Shown in pieces: positions 12,301 to 27,353 of a stretch of 64,000 nucleotides of DNA. Under the pieces are notes generated by a model that did no database searches, was not told where the DNA came from, and saw only the letters and a program-made list of their open reading frames with translations. Position numbers and translations under genes: made by a program. Source of the DNA: the human T2T-CHM13v2.0 reference genome, Homo sapiens; the NCBI RefSeq assembly GCF_009914755.1, contig NC_060939.1. One strand, written 5' to 3'. Within the stretch, counting starts at the first letter, position 1; each line of letters starts with the position of its first letter.

Positions 12301-15300
12301 CTGCATTCCATTCCACTCCATTCCATATTATTCCATTACACTCCATTCCATTCTATCTCTTTCATTTCCATTCAATTCCATTCCATTTGATTCCATTCCA
12401 CTCGGTTTCATTCCATTTGAGTCCACTCCATTCCATTCCATTGCATTCCATTCAGTTCCATTCCATTCTGTTCCATTCCATTCCGTTCCATTACATTCCA
12501 TTCCATTCGGTACCATTCCATATTGTTCCATTCGATTCCATTCGAATCCATTCCATTCCAGTCCATTCCATTCGATTCCATTCCATTCATTTCAATTCCA
12601 TTCCATTCCATTCCATTACATTCCACTTGATTCCTCTCCATTCCCTTCCACTGCATTCTGTTCGATTCCATTCCATTGCATTGCATTCCATTGCATTGGA
12701 TTGCATTCCATTCGATTCCATTCCATTCGAATCAATTACATAGCAATCCATTACATTCGAGTCTATTCTATTCCGTTCCATTCGATTTCGTTCCAATCCA
12801 TTCGATTCCATTCCATTCGATTCCATTCCATACTATTGCATTCCATTCGATTACATTATATTCGAATAAGTTCCATTCAAGACCATTTCTTTTGAGTCCA
12901 TTCTATTTGAGTCCATTCCCTTTGATTCCATAACATTTGAGTCCATTCAATTCCATTCCTTTCGTTTCCATTCCATTTGATGCCATTCCATTCAATTCTG
13001 TTCTACTCGACTCCAATACACTCAATTCCATTCCATCCGATTCCATTACATTCTTTTCATTTCTCATCCATTTCAAGCCATTCCACTCCATTCCATTCCA
13101 CTCGTTTCCTTTCCATTCGAGTCCATTCCTCTCCAGTCCATTCCGTTCAATCCATTCCATTCCAGTCCATTCCATTCGAGTCCGTTCCATTCCAGTCCAT
13201 TCCATTCGAGTCAATTCCATTCCATTCGATGTCTTTCCATAACGATCCATTCCATTCTATTCCTTTCGATTCCATTCCATTCTATTTCATTCCATTCGAT
13301 TCCCTTCCATTGGACTCCTCTCCATTCGAGTGCATTCCATTCCTTTCCATTTCTTTCCGTTCTGTACGATTCCTACCGTTCGATTTCATTTTGTTCCAGT
13401 CCATTCCTTTCGCGTCCATTCCATTCCATTTCACTCCATTCGATTCCATTCCACTCGATTCCACTTCGTTCCATTTCATTGCATTCCATTCTATTCAACT
13501 CTATTGCCTTCCATTCCATTCCATTCGATTACATTCCATGCGATTCCATTCGAAATCGAATCAATTACATTGCAATCCATTACTATTGAGTCCGTTTTAT
13601 TCCAGTCCACTGCATTCTGGTCCATTCCATTTGATTCCATTCCATTCTATTCCATTCCATACAGTTGCATTCCATTGGATTCCATGCTATATCTATAAAT
13701 TCAATTCGAGACCATTGCTTTTGAGTCCATTCTATATGATTCCATTCCATTCAAATCCATTACATTTGGTTCAATTCCATTCCATTCCATTCCCTTCCAT
13801 TCCATTCCATTTGATATCAATCCATTCGATTCCATTCCATTCGAGCACATTCCATTCGAGTCCATTCCATTCGATGCCATTCCATTTGATTCTATTCCAT
13901 TAGTCTCCATTCAATTCCATTAATCTCCATTCCATTCCATTCTACTCCAACTGATTCCATTCCATTCTATTCCTTTCCATTCCATTTCATTCCATTCCAT
14001 TCCATTTCATTCCATTCCATTCCATTCGTGTCCATTCCACTCCAGTCCATTCCATTCGTGTCCATTCCATTCCAGTCCATTCCATTTGTGTCCACTGCAT
14101 TCCATTCCACTCCATTCCATATTATTCCATTACACTCCATTCCATTCTATTACTTTCATTTCCATTCAATTCCATTCCATTTGATTCCATTCCACTCGGT
14201 TTCATTCCATTTGAGTCCACTCCATTCCATTCCATTCCATTCCATTCAGTTCCATTCCATTCTGTTCCATTCCATTCCCTTCCATTACATTCCATTCCAT
14301 TCGGTACCATTCCATATTGTTCCATTCGATTCCATTCGAATCCATTCCATTCCAGTCCATTCCATTCGATTCCATTCCATTCATTTCAATTCCATTCCAT
14401 TCCATTCCATTACATTCCACTTGATTCCTCTCCATTCCCTTCCACTGCATTCCGTTCGATTCCATTCCATTGCATTGCATTCCATTCCATTGGATTGCAT
14501 TCCATTCGATTCCATTCCATTCGAATCAATTACATAGCAATCCATTACATTCGAGTCTATTCTCTTCCGTTCCATTCGATTTCGTTCCAATCCATTCGAT
14601 TCCATTCCATTCGATTCCATTCCATGCTATTGCATTCCATTCTATTACATTATATTCGAATAAGTTCCATTCAAGACCATTTCTTTTGAGTCCATTCTAT
14701 TTGAGTCCATTCCCTTTGATTCCATAACATTTGAGTCCATTCAATTCCATTCCTTTCGTTTCCATTCCATTTGATGCCATTCCATTCAATTCTGTTCTAC
14801 TCGACTCCAATACATTCAATTCCATTCCATCCGATTCCATTACATTCTTTTCATTTCTTATCCATTTCAAGCCATTCCACTCCATTCCATTCCACTCGTT
14901 TCCTTTCCATTCGAGTCCATTCCTCTCCAGTCCATTCCGTTCAATCCATTCCATTCCAGTCCATTCCATTCGAGTCCGTTCCATTCCAGTCCATTCCATT
15001 CGAGTCAATTCCATTCCATTCGATGTCTTTCCATAACGATCCATTCCATTCTATTCCTTTCGATTCCATTCCATTCTATTTCATTCCATTCGATTCCCTT
15101 CCATTGGACTCCTTTCCATTCGAGTGCATTCCATTCCGTTCCATTTCTTTCCGTTCTGTACGATTCCTACCGTTCGATTTCATTTTGTTCCAGTCCATTC
15201 CTTTCGCGTCCATTCCATTCCATTTCACTCCATTCGATTCCATTCCACTCGATTCCACTTCGTTCCATTTCATTGCATTCCATTCTATTCAACTCTATTG

Positions 15301-18300
15301 CCTTCCATTCCATTCCATTCGATTACATTCCATGCGATTCCATTCGAAATCGAATCAATTACATTGCAATCTATTACTATTGAGTCCGTTTTATTCCAGT
15401 CCACTGCATTCTGGTCCATTCCATTTGATTCCATTCCATTCTATTCCATTCCATACAGTTGCATTCCATTGGATTCCATGCTATATCTATAAATTCAATT
15501 CGAGACCATTGCTTTTGAGTCCATTCTATATGATTCCATTCCATTCAAATCCATTACATTTGGTTCAATTCCATTCCATTCCATTCCCTTCCATTCCATT
15601 CCATTTGATATCAATCCATTCGATTCCATTCCATTCGAGCACATTCCATTCGAGTCCATTCCATTCGATGCCATTCCATTTGATTCTATTCCATTAGTCT
15701 CCATTCAATTCCATTAATCTCCATTCCATTCCATTCTATTCCAACTGATTCCATTCCACTCTATTCCTTTCCATTCCATTTCATTCCATTCCATTCCATT
15801 TCATTCCATTCCATTCCATTCGTGTCCATTCCACTCCAGTCCATTCCATTCGTGTCCATTCCATTCCAGTCCATTCCATTTGTGTCCACTGCATTCCATT
15901 CCACTCCATTCCATATTATTCCATTACACTCCATTCCATTCTATTACTTTCATTTCCATTCAATTCCATTCCATTTGATTCCATTCCACTCGGTTTCATT
16001 CCATTTGAGTCCACTCCATTCCATTCCATTCCATTCCATTCAGTTCCATTCCATTCTGTTCCATTCCATTCCGTTCCATTACATTCCATTCCATTCGGTA
16101 CCATTCCATATTGTTCCATTCGATTCCATTCGAATCCATTCCATTCCAGTCCATTCCATTCGATTCCATTCCATTCATTTCAATTCCATTCCATTCCATT
16201 CCATTCCATTCCACTTGATTCCTCTCCATTCCCTTCCACTGCATTCCGTTCGATTCCATTCCATTGCATTGCATTCCATTCCATTGGATTGCATTCCATT
16301 CGATTCCATTCCATTCGAATCAATTACATAGCAATCCATTACATTCGAGTCTATTCTCTTCCGTTCCATTCGATTTCGTTCCAATCCATTGGATTCCATT
16401 CCATTCGATTCCATTCCATACTATTGCATTCCATTCGATTACATTATATTCGAATAAGTTCCATTCAAGACCATTTCTTTTGAGTCCATTCTATTTGAGT
16501 CCATTCCCTTTGATTCCATAACATTTGAGTCCATTCAATTCCATTCCTTTCGTTTCCATTCCATTTGATGCCATTCCATTCAATTCTGTTCTACTCGACT
16601 CCAATACACTCAATTCCATTCCATCCGATTCCATTACATTCTTTTCATTTCTTATCCATTTCAAGCCATTCCACTCCATTCCATTCCACTCGTTTCCTTT
16701 CCATTCGAGTCCATTCCTCTCCAGTCCATTCCGTTCAATCCATTCCATTCCAGTCCATTCCATTCGAGTCCGTTCCATTCCAGTCCATTCCATTCGAGTC
16801 AATTCCATCCCATTCGATGTCTTTTCATAACGATCCATTCCATTCTATTCCTTTCGATTCCATTCCATTCTATTTCATTCCATTCGATTCCCTTCCATTG
16901 GACTCCTTTCCATTCGAGTGCATTCCATTCCGTTCCATTTCTTTCCGTTCTGTACGATTCCTACCGTTCGATTTCATTTTGTTCCAGTCCATTCCTTTCG
17001 CGTCCATTCCATTCCATTTCACTCCATTCGATTCCATTCCACTCGATTCCACTTCGTTCCATTTCATTGCATTCCATTCTATTCAACTCTATTGCCTTCC
17101 ATTCCATTCCATTCGATTACATTCCATGCGATTCCATTCGAAATCGAATCAATTACATTGCAATCCATTACTATTGAGTCCGTTTTATTCCAGTCCACTG
17201 CATTCTGGTCCATTCCATTTGATTCCATTCCATTCTATTCCATTCCATACAGTTGCATTCCATTGGATTCCATGCTATATCTATAAATTCAATTCGAGAC
17301 CATTGCTTTTGAGTCCATTCTATATGATTCCATTCCATTCAAATCCATTACTTTTGGTTCAATTCCATTCCATTCCATTCCCTTCCATTCCATTCCATTT
17401 GATATCAATCCATTCGATTCCATTCCATTCGAGCACATTCCATTCGAGTCCATTCCATTCGATGCCATTCCATTTGATTCTATTCCATTAGTCTCCATTC
17501 AATTCCATTAATCTCCATTCCATTCCATTCTATTCCAACTGATTCCATTCCACTCTATTCCTTTCCATTCCATTTCATTCCATTCCATTCCATTTCATTC
17601 CATTCCATTCCATTCGTGTCCATTCCACTCCAGTCCATTCCATTCGTGTCCATTCCATTCCAGTCCATTCCATTTGTGTCCACTGCATTCCATTCCACTC
17701 CATTCCATATTATTCCTTTACACTCCATTCCATTCTATCACTTTCATTTCCATTCAATTCCATTCCATTTGATTCCATTCCACTCGGTTTCATTCCATTT
17801 GAGTCCACTCCATTCCATTCCATTGCATTCCATTCAGTTCCATTCCATTCTGTTCCATTCCATTCCGTTCCATTACATTCCATTCCATTCGGTACCATTC
17901 CATATTGTTCCATTCGATTCCATTCGAATCCATTCCATTCCAGTCCATTCCATTCGATTCCATTCCATTCATTTCAATTCCATTCCATTCCATTCCATTA
18001 CATTCCACTTGATTCCTCTCCATTCCCTTCCACTGCATTCCGTTCGATTCCATTCCATTGCATTGCATTCCATTCCATTGGATTGCATTCCATTCGATTC
18101 CATTCCATTCGAATCAATTACATAGCAATCCATTACATTCGAGTCTATTCTCTTCCGTTCCATTCGATTTCGTTCCAATCCATTGGATTCCATTCCATTC
18201 GATTCCATTCCATACTATTGCATTCCATTCGATTACATTATATTCGAATAAGTTCCATTCAAGACCATTTCTTTTGAGTCCATTCTATTTGAGTCCATTC

Positions 18301-20152
18301 CCTTTGATTCCATAACATTTGAGTCCATTCAATTCCATTCCTTTCGTTTCCATTCCATTTGATGCCATTCCATTCAATTCTGTTCTACTCGACTCCAATA
18401 CACTCAATTCCATTCCATCCGATTCCATTACATTCTTTTCATTTCTTATCCATTTCAAGCCATTCCACTCCATTCCATTCCACTCGTTTCCTTTCCATTC
18501 GAGTCCATTCCTCTCCAGTCCATTCCGTTCAATCCATTCCATTCCAGTCCATTCCATTCGAGTCCGTTCCATTCCAGTCCATTCCATTCGAGTCAATTCC
18601 ATCCCATTCGATGTCTTTCCATAACGATCCATTCCATTCTATTCCTTTCGATTCCATTCCATTCTATTTCATTCCATTCGATTCCCTTCCATTGGACTCC
18701 TTTCCATTCGAGTGCATTCCATTCCTTTCCATTTCTTTCCGTTCTGTACGATTCCTACCGTTCGATTTCATTTTGTTCCAGTCCATTCCTTTCGCGTCCA
18801 TTCCATTCCATTTCACTCCATTCGATTCCATTCCACTCGATTCCACTTCGTTCCATTTCATTGCATTCCATTCTATTCAACTCTATTGCCTTCCATTCCA
18901 TTCCATTCGATTACATTCCATGCGATTCCATTCGAAATCGAATCAATTACATTGCAATCCATTACTATTGAGTCCGTTTTATTCCAGTCCACTGCATTCT
19001 GGTCCATTCCATTTGATTCCATTCCATTCTATTCCATTCCATACAGTTGCATTCCATTGGATTCCATGCTATATCTATAAATTCAATTCGAGACCATTGC
19101 TTTTGAGTCCATTCTATATGATTCCATTCCATTCAAGTCCATTACATTTGGTTCAATTCCATTCCATTCCATTCCCTTCCATTCCATTCCATTTGATATC
19201 AATCCATTCGATTCCATTCCATTCGAGCACATTCCATTCGAGTCCATTCCATTCGATGCCATTCCATTTGATTCTATTCCATTAGTCTCCATTCAATTCC
19301 ATTAATCTCCATTCCATTCCATTCTACTCCAACTGATTCCATTCCATTCTATTCCTTTCCATTCCATTTCATTCCATTCCATTCCATTTCATTCCATTCC
19401 ATTCCATTCGTGTCCATTCCACTCCAGTCCATTCCATTCGTGTCCATTCCATTCCAGTCCATTCCATTTGTGTCCACTGCATTCCATTCCACTCCATTCC
19501 ATATTATTCCATTACACTCCATTCCATTCTATCACTTTCATTTCCATTCAATTCCATTCCATTTGATTCCATTCCACTCGGTTTCATTCCATTTGAGTCC
19601 ACTCCATTCCATTCCATTGCATTCCATTCAGTTCCATTCCATTCTGTTCCATTCCATTCCGTTCCATTACATTCCATTCCATTCGGTACCATTCCATATT
19701 GTTCCATTCGATTCCATTCGAATCCATTCCATTCCAGTCCATTCCATTCGATTCCATTCCATTCATTTCAATTCCATTCCATTCCATTCCATTACATTCC
19801 ACTTGATTCCTCTCCATTCCCTTCCACTGCATTCCGTTCGATTCCATTCCATTGCATTGCATTCCATTCCATTGGATTGCATTCCATTCGATTCCATTCC
19901 ATTCGAATCAATTACATAGCAATCCATTACATTCGAGTCTATTCTATTCCGTTCCATTCGATTTCGTTCCAATCCATTCGATTCCATTCCATTCGATTCC
20001 ATTCCATACTATTGCATTCCATTCGATTACATTATATTCGAATAAGTTCCATTCAAGACCATTTCTTTTGAGTCCATTCTATTTGAGTCCATTCCCTTTG
20101 ATTCCATAACATTTGAGTCCATTCAATTCCATTCCTTTCGTTTCCATTCCAT

Positions 20153-21941
20153 TTGATGCCATTCCATTCAATTCTGTTCTACTCGACTCCAATACACTCA
20201 ATTCCATTCCATCCGATTCCATTACATTCTTTTCATTTCTTATCCATTTCAAGCCATTCCACTCCATTCCATTCCACTCGTTTCCTTTCCATTCGAGTCC
20301 ATTCCTCTCCAGTCCATTCCGTTCAATCCATTCCATTCCAGTCCATTCCATTCGAGTCCGTTCCATTCCAGTCCATTCCATTCGAGTCAATTCCATTCCA
20401 TTCGATGTCTTTCCATAACGATCCATTCCATTCTATTCCTTTCGATTCCATTCCATTCTATTTCATTCCATTCGATTCCCGTCCATTGGACTCCTTTCCA
20501 TTCGAGTGCATTCCATTCCGTTCCATTTCTTTCCGTTCTGTACGATTCCTACCGTTCGATTTCATTTTGTTCCAGTCCATTCCTTTCGCGTCCATTCCAT
20601 TCCATTTCACTCCATTCGATTCCATTCCACTCGATTCCACTTCGTTCCATTTCATTGCATTCCATTCTATTCAACTCTATTGCCTTCCATTCCATTCCAT
20701 TCGATTACATTCCATGCGATTCCATTCGAAATCGAATCAATTACATTGCAATCCATTACTATTGAGTCCGTTTTATTCCAGTCCACTGCATTCTGGTCCA
20801 TTCCATTTGATTCCATTCCATTCTATTCCATTCCATACAGTTGCATTCCATTGGATTCCATGCTATATCTATAAATTCAATTCGAGACCATTGCTTTTGA
20901 GTCCATTCTATATGATTCCATTCCATTCAAGTCCATTACATTTGGTTCAATTCCATTCCATTCCATTCCCTTCCATTCCATTCCATTTGATATCAATCCA
21001 TTCGATTCCATTCCATTCGAGCACATTCCATTCGAGTCCATTCCATTCGATGCCATTCCATTTGATTCTATTCCATTAGTCTCCATTCAATTCCATTAAT
21101 CTCCATTCCATTCCATTCTACTCCAACTGATTCCATTCCATTCTATTCCTTTCCATTCCATTTCATTCCATTCCATTCCATTTCATTCCATTCCATTCCA
21201 TTCGTGTCCATTCCACTCCAGTCCATTCCATTCGTGTCCATTCCATTCCAGTCCATTCCATTTGTGTCCACTGCATTCCATTCCACTCCATTCCATATTA
21301 TTCCATTACACTCCATTCCATTCTATTACTTTCATTTCCATTCAATTCCATTCCATTTGATTCCATTCCACTCGGTTTCATTCCATTTGAGTCCACTCCA
21401 TTCCATTCCATTCCATTCAGTTCCATTCCATTCTGTTCCATTCCATTCCGTTCCATTCCATTCCATTCCATGCGGTACCATTCCATATTGGTTCATTCGA
21501 TTCCATTCGAATCCATTCCATTCCAGTCCATTCCATTCGATACCATTCCATTCATTTCAATTCCATTCCATTCCATTCCATTACATTCCACTTGATTCCT
21601 CTCCATTCCCTTCCACTGCATTCCGTTCGATTCCATTCCATTGCATTGCATTCCATTCCATTGGATTGCATTCCATTCGATTCCATTCCATTCGAATCAA
21701 TTACATAGCAATCCATTACATTCGAGTCTATTCTATTCCGTTCCATTCGATTTCGTTCCAATCCATTCGATTCCATTCCATTCGATTCCATTCCATACTA
21801 TTGCATTCCATTCGATTACATTATATTCGAATAAGTTCCATTCAAGACCATTTCTTTTGAGTCCATTCTATTTGAGTCCATTCCCTTTGATTCCATAACA
21901 TTTGAGTCCATTCAATTCCATTCCTTTCGTTTCCATTCCAT
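20153..21941 (+). repeat. 1,789-bp variant unit (one pentamer deleted)
   Basis: Landmark spacing 20153 to 21942 is 1789; one fewer CATTC between GAGTCCACTC and CAGTTCC near 21400-21420. Confidence 0.9.
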
Positions 21942-24900
21942 TTGATGCCATTCCATTCAATTCTGTTCTACTCGACTCCAATACATTCAATTCCATTCCA
22001 TCCGATTCCATTACATTCTTTTCATTTCTTATCCATTTCAAGCCATTCCACTCCATTCCATTCCACTCGTTTCCTTTCCATTCGAGTCCATTCCTCTCCA
22101 GTCCATTCCGTTCAATCCATTCCATTCCAGTCCATTCCATTCGAGTCCGTTCCATTCCAGTCCATTCCATTCGAGTCAATTCCATTCCATTCGATGTCTT
22201 TCCATAACGATCCATTCCATTCTATTCCTTTCGATTCCATTCCATTCTATTTCATTCCATTCGATTCCCTTCCATTGGACTCCTTTCCATTCGAGTGCAT
22301 TCCATTCCTTTCCATTTCTTTCCGTTCTGTACGATTCCTACCGTTCGATTTCATTTTGTTCCAGTCCATTCCTTTCGCGTCCATTCCATTCCATTTCACT
22401 CCATTCGATTCCATTCCACTCGATTCCACTTCGTTCCATTTCATTGCATTCCATTCTATTCAACTCTATTGCCTTCCATTCCATTCCATTCGATTACATT
22501 CCATGCGATTCCATTCGAAATCGAATCAATTACATTGCAATCCATTACTATTGAGTCCGTTTTATTCCAGTCCACTGCATTCTGTTCCATTCCATTTGAT
22601 TCCATTCCATTCTATTCCATTCCATACAGTTGCATTCCATTGGATTCCATGCTATATCTATAAATTCAATTCGAGACCATTGCTTTTGAGTCCATTCTAT
22701 ATGATTCCATTCCATTCAAGTCCATTACATTTGGTTCAATTCCATTCCATTCCATTCCCTTCCATTCCATTCCATTTGATATCAATCCATTCGATTCCAT
22801 TCCATTCGAGCACATTCCATTCGAGTCCATTCCATTCGATGCCATTCCATTTGATTCTATTCCATTAGTCTCCATTCAATTCCATTAATCTCCATTCCAT
22901 TCCATTCTACTCCAACTGATTCCATTCCATTCTATTCCTTTCCATTCCATTTCATTCCATTCCATTCCATTTCATTCCATTCCATTCCATTCGCTTCCAT
23001 TCCATTCGTGTCCATTCCACTCCAGTCCATTCCATTCGTGTCCATTCCATTCCAGTCCATTCCATTTGTGTCCACTGCATTCCATTCCACTCCATTCCAT
23101 ATTATTCCATTACACTCCATTCCATTCTATTACTTTCATTTCCATTCAATTCCATTCCATTTGATTCCATTCCACTCGGTTTCATTCCATTTGAGTCCAC
23201 TCCATTCCATTCCATTCCATTCAGTTCCATTCCATTCTGTTCCATTCCATTCCGTTCCATTCCATTCCATTCCATGCGGTACCATTCCATATTGTTCCAT
23301 TCGATTCCATTCGAATCCATTCCATTCCAGTCCATTCCATTCGATACCATTCCATTCATTTCAATTCCATTCCATTACATTACATTACATTCCACTTGAT
23401 TCCTCTCCATTCCCTTCCACTGCATTCCGTTCGATTCCATTCCATTGCATTGCATTCCATTCCATTGGATTGCATTCCATTCGATTCCATTCCATTCGAA
23501 TCAATTACATAGCAATCCATTACATTCGAGTCTATTCTATTCCGTTCCATTCGATTTCGTTCCAATCCATTCGATTCCATTCCATTCGATTCCATTCCAT
23601 ACTATTGCATTCCATTCGATTACATTATATTCGAATAAGTTCCATTCAAGACCATTTCTTTTGAGTCCATTCTATTTGAGTCCATTCCCTTTGATTCCAT
23701 AACATTTGAGTCCATTCAATTCCATTCCTTTCGTTTCCATTCCATTTGATGCCATTCCATTCAATTCTGTTCTACTCGACTCCAATACATTCAATTCCAT
23801 TCCATCCGATTCCATTACATTCTTTTCATTTCTTATCCATTTCAAGCCATTCCACTCCATTCCATTCCACTCGTTTCCTTTCCATTCGAGTCCATTCCTC
23901 TCCAGTCCAATCCGTTCAATCCATTCCATTCCAGTCCATTCCATTCGAGTCCGTTCCATTCCAGTCCATTCCATTCGAGTCAATTCCATCCCATTCGATG
24001 TCTTTCCATAACGATCCATTCCATTCTATTCCTTTCGATTCCATTCCATTCTATTTCATTCCATTCGATTCCCTTCCATTGGACTCCTTTCCATTCGAGT
24101 GCATTCCATTCCGTTCCATTTCTTTCCGTTCTGTACGATTCCTACCGTTCGATTTCATTTTGTTCCAGTCCATTCCTTTCGCGTCCATTCCATTCCATTT
24201 CACTCCATTCGATTCCATTCCACTCGATTCCACTTCGTTCCATTTCATTGCATTCCATTCTATTCAACTCTATTGCCTTCCATTCCATTCCATTCGATTA
24301 CATTCCATGCGATTCCATTCGAAATCGAATCAATTACATTGCAATCCATTACTATTGAGTCCGTTTTATTCCAGTCCACTGCATTCTGGTCCATTCCATT
24401 TGATTCCATTCCATTCTATTCCATTCCATACAGTTGCATTCCATTGGATTCCATGCTATATCTATAAATTCAATTCGAGACCATTGCTTTTGAGTCCATT
24501 CTATATGATTCCATTCCATTCAAGTCCATTACATTTGGTTCAATTCCATTCCATTCCATTCCCTTCCATTCCATTCCATTTGATATCAATCCATTCGATT
24601 CCATTCCATTCGAGCACATTCCATTCGAGTCCATTCCATTCGATGCCATTCCATTTGATTCTATTCCATTAGTCTCCATTCAATTCCATTAATCTCCATT
24701 CCATTCCATTCTACTCCAACTGATTCCATTCCATTCTATTCCTTTCCATTCCATTTCATTCCATTCCATTCCATTTCATTCCATTCCATTCCATTCGCTT
24801 CCATTCCATTCGTGTCCATTCCACTCCAGTCCATTCCATTCGTGTCCATTCCATTCCAGTCCATTCCATTTGTGTCCACTGCATTCCATTCCACTCCATT

Positions 24901-27353
24901 CCATATTATTCCATTACACTCCATTCCATTCTATTACTTTCATTTCCATTCAATTCCATTCCATTTGATTCCATTCCACTCGGTTTCATTCCATTTGAGT
25001 CCACTCCATTCCATTCCATTCCATTCAGTTCCATTCCATTCTGTTCCATTCCATTCCGTTCCATTCCATTCCATTCCATGCGGTACCATTCCATATTGTT
25101 CCATTCGATTCCATTCGAATCCATTCCATTCCAGTCCATTCCATTCGATACCATTCCATTCATTTCAATTCCATTCCATTACATTACATTACATTCCACT
25201 TGATTCCTCTCCATTCCCTTCCACTGCATTCCGTTCGATTCCATTCCATTGCATTGCATTCCATTCCATTGGATTGCATTCCATTCGATTCCATTCCATT
25301 CGAATCAATTACATAGCAATCCATTACATTCGAGTCTATTCTATTCCGTTCCATTCGATTTCGTTCCAATCCATTCGATTCCATTCCATTCGATTCCATT
25401 CCATACTATTGCATTCCATTCGATTACATTATATTCGAATAAGTTCCATTCAAGACCATTTCTTTTGAGTCCATTCTATTTGAGTCCATTCCCTTTGATT
25501 CCATAACATTTGAGTCCATTCAATTCCATTCCTTTCGTTTCCATTCCATTTGATGCCATTCCATTCAATTCTGTTCTACTCGACTCCAATACATTCAATT
25601 CCATTCCATCCGATTCCATTACATTCTTTTCATTTCTTATCCATTTCAAGCCATTCCACTCCATTCCATTCCACTCGTTTCCTTTCCATTCGAGTCCATT
25701 CCTCTCCAGTCCATTCCGTTCAATCCATTCCATTCCAGTCCATTCCATTCGAGTCCGTTCCATTCCAGTCCATTCCATTCGAGTCAATTCCATTCCATTC
25801 GATGTCTTTCCATAACGATCCATTCCATTCTATTCCTTTCGATTCCATTCCATTCTATTTCATTCCATTCGATTCCCTTCCATTGGACTCCTTTCCATTC
25901 GAGTGCATTCCATTCCTTTCCATTTCTTTCCGTTCTGTACGATTCCTACCGTTCGATTTCATTTTGTTCCAGTCCATTCCTTTCGCGTCCATTCCATTCC
26001 ATTTCACTCCATTCGATTCCATTCCACTCGATTCCACTTCGTTCCATTTCATTGCATTCCATTCTATTCAACTCTATTGCCTTCCATTCCATTCCATTCG
26101 ATTACATTCCATGCGATTCCATTCGAAATCGAATCAATTACATTGCAATCCATTACTATTGAGTCCGTTTTATTCCAGTCCACTGCATTCTGTTCCATTC
26201 CATTTGATTCCATTCCATTCTATTCCATTCCATACAGTTGCATTCCATTGGATTCCATGCTATATCTATAAATTCAATTCGAGACCATTGCTTTTGAGTC
26301 CATTCTATATGATTCCATTCCATTCAAGTCCATTACATTTGGTTCAATTCCATTCCATTCCATTCCCTTCCATTCCATTCCATTTGATATCAATCCATTC
26401 GATTCCATTCCATTCGAGCACATTCCATTCGAGTCCATTCCATTCGATGCCATTCCATTTGATTCTATTCCATTAGTCTCCATTCAATTCCATTAATCTC
26501 CATTCCATTCCATTCTACTCCAAATGATTCCATTCCATTCTATTCCTTTCCATTCCTTTTCATTCCATTCCATTCCATTTCATTCCATTCCATTCCATTC
26601 GCTTCCATTCCATTCGTGTCCATTCCACTCCAGTCCATTCCATTCGTGTCCATTCCATTCCAGTCCATTCCATTTGTGTCCACTGCATTCCATTCCACTC
26701 CATTCCATATTATTCCATTACACTCCATTCCATTCTATTACTTTCATTTCCATTCAATTCCATTCCATTTGATTCCATTCCACTCGGTTTCATTCCATTT
26801 GAGTCCACTCCATTCCATTCCATTCCATTCAGTTCCATTCCATTCTGTTCCATTCCATTCCGTTCCGTTACATTCCATTCCATTCGGTACCATTCCATAT
26901 TGTTCCATTCGATTCCATTCGAATCCATTCCATTCCAGTCCATTCCATTCGATTCCATTCCATTCATTTCAATTCCATTCCATTCCATTCCATTACATTC
27001 CACTTGATTCCTCTCCATTCCCTTCCACTGCATTCCGTTCGATTCCATTCCATTGCATTGCATTCCATTCCATTGGATTGCATTCCATTCGATTCCATTC
27101 CATTCGAATCAATTACATAGCAATCCATTACATTCGAGTCTATTCTCTTCCGTTCCATTCGATTTCGTTCCAATCCATTCGATTCCATTCCATTCGATTC
27201 CATTCCATACTATTGCATTCCATTCGATTACATTATATTCGAATAAGTTCCATTCAAGACCATTTCTTTTGAGTCCATTCTATTTGAGTCCATTCCCTTT
27301 GATTCCATAACATTTGAGTCCATTCAATTCCATTCCTTTCGTTTCCATTCCAT
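21942..27353 (+). repeat. Three consecutive 1,804-bp variant units (+15-bp insertion, -5-bp deletion)
   Basis: Landmarks at 21942, 23746, 25550 and 27354 (period 1804). Inserted CGCTTCCATTCCATT at 22992, 24796 and 26600. Confidence 0.92.

Noticed and set aside
21204-27272. Longer 218-aa ORFs in the sub-array
   Set aside because: Produced by the 5-bp deletion frameshift fusing two spurious frames.
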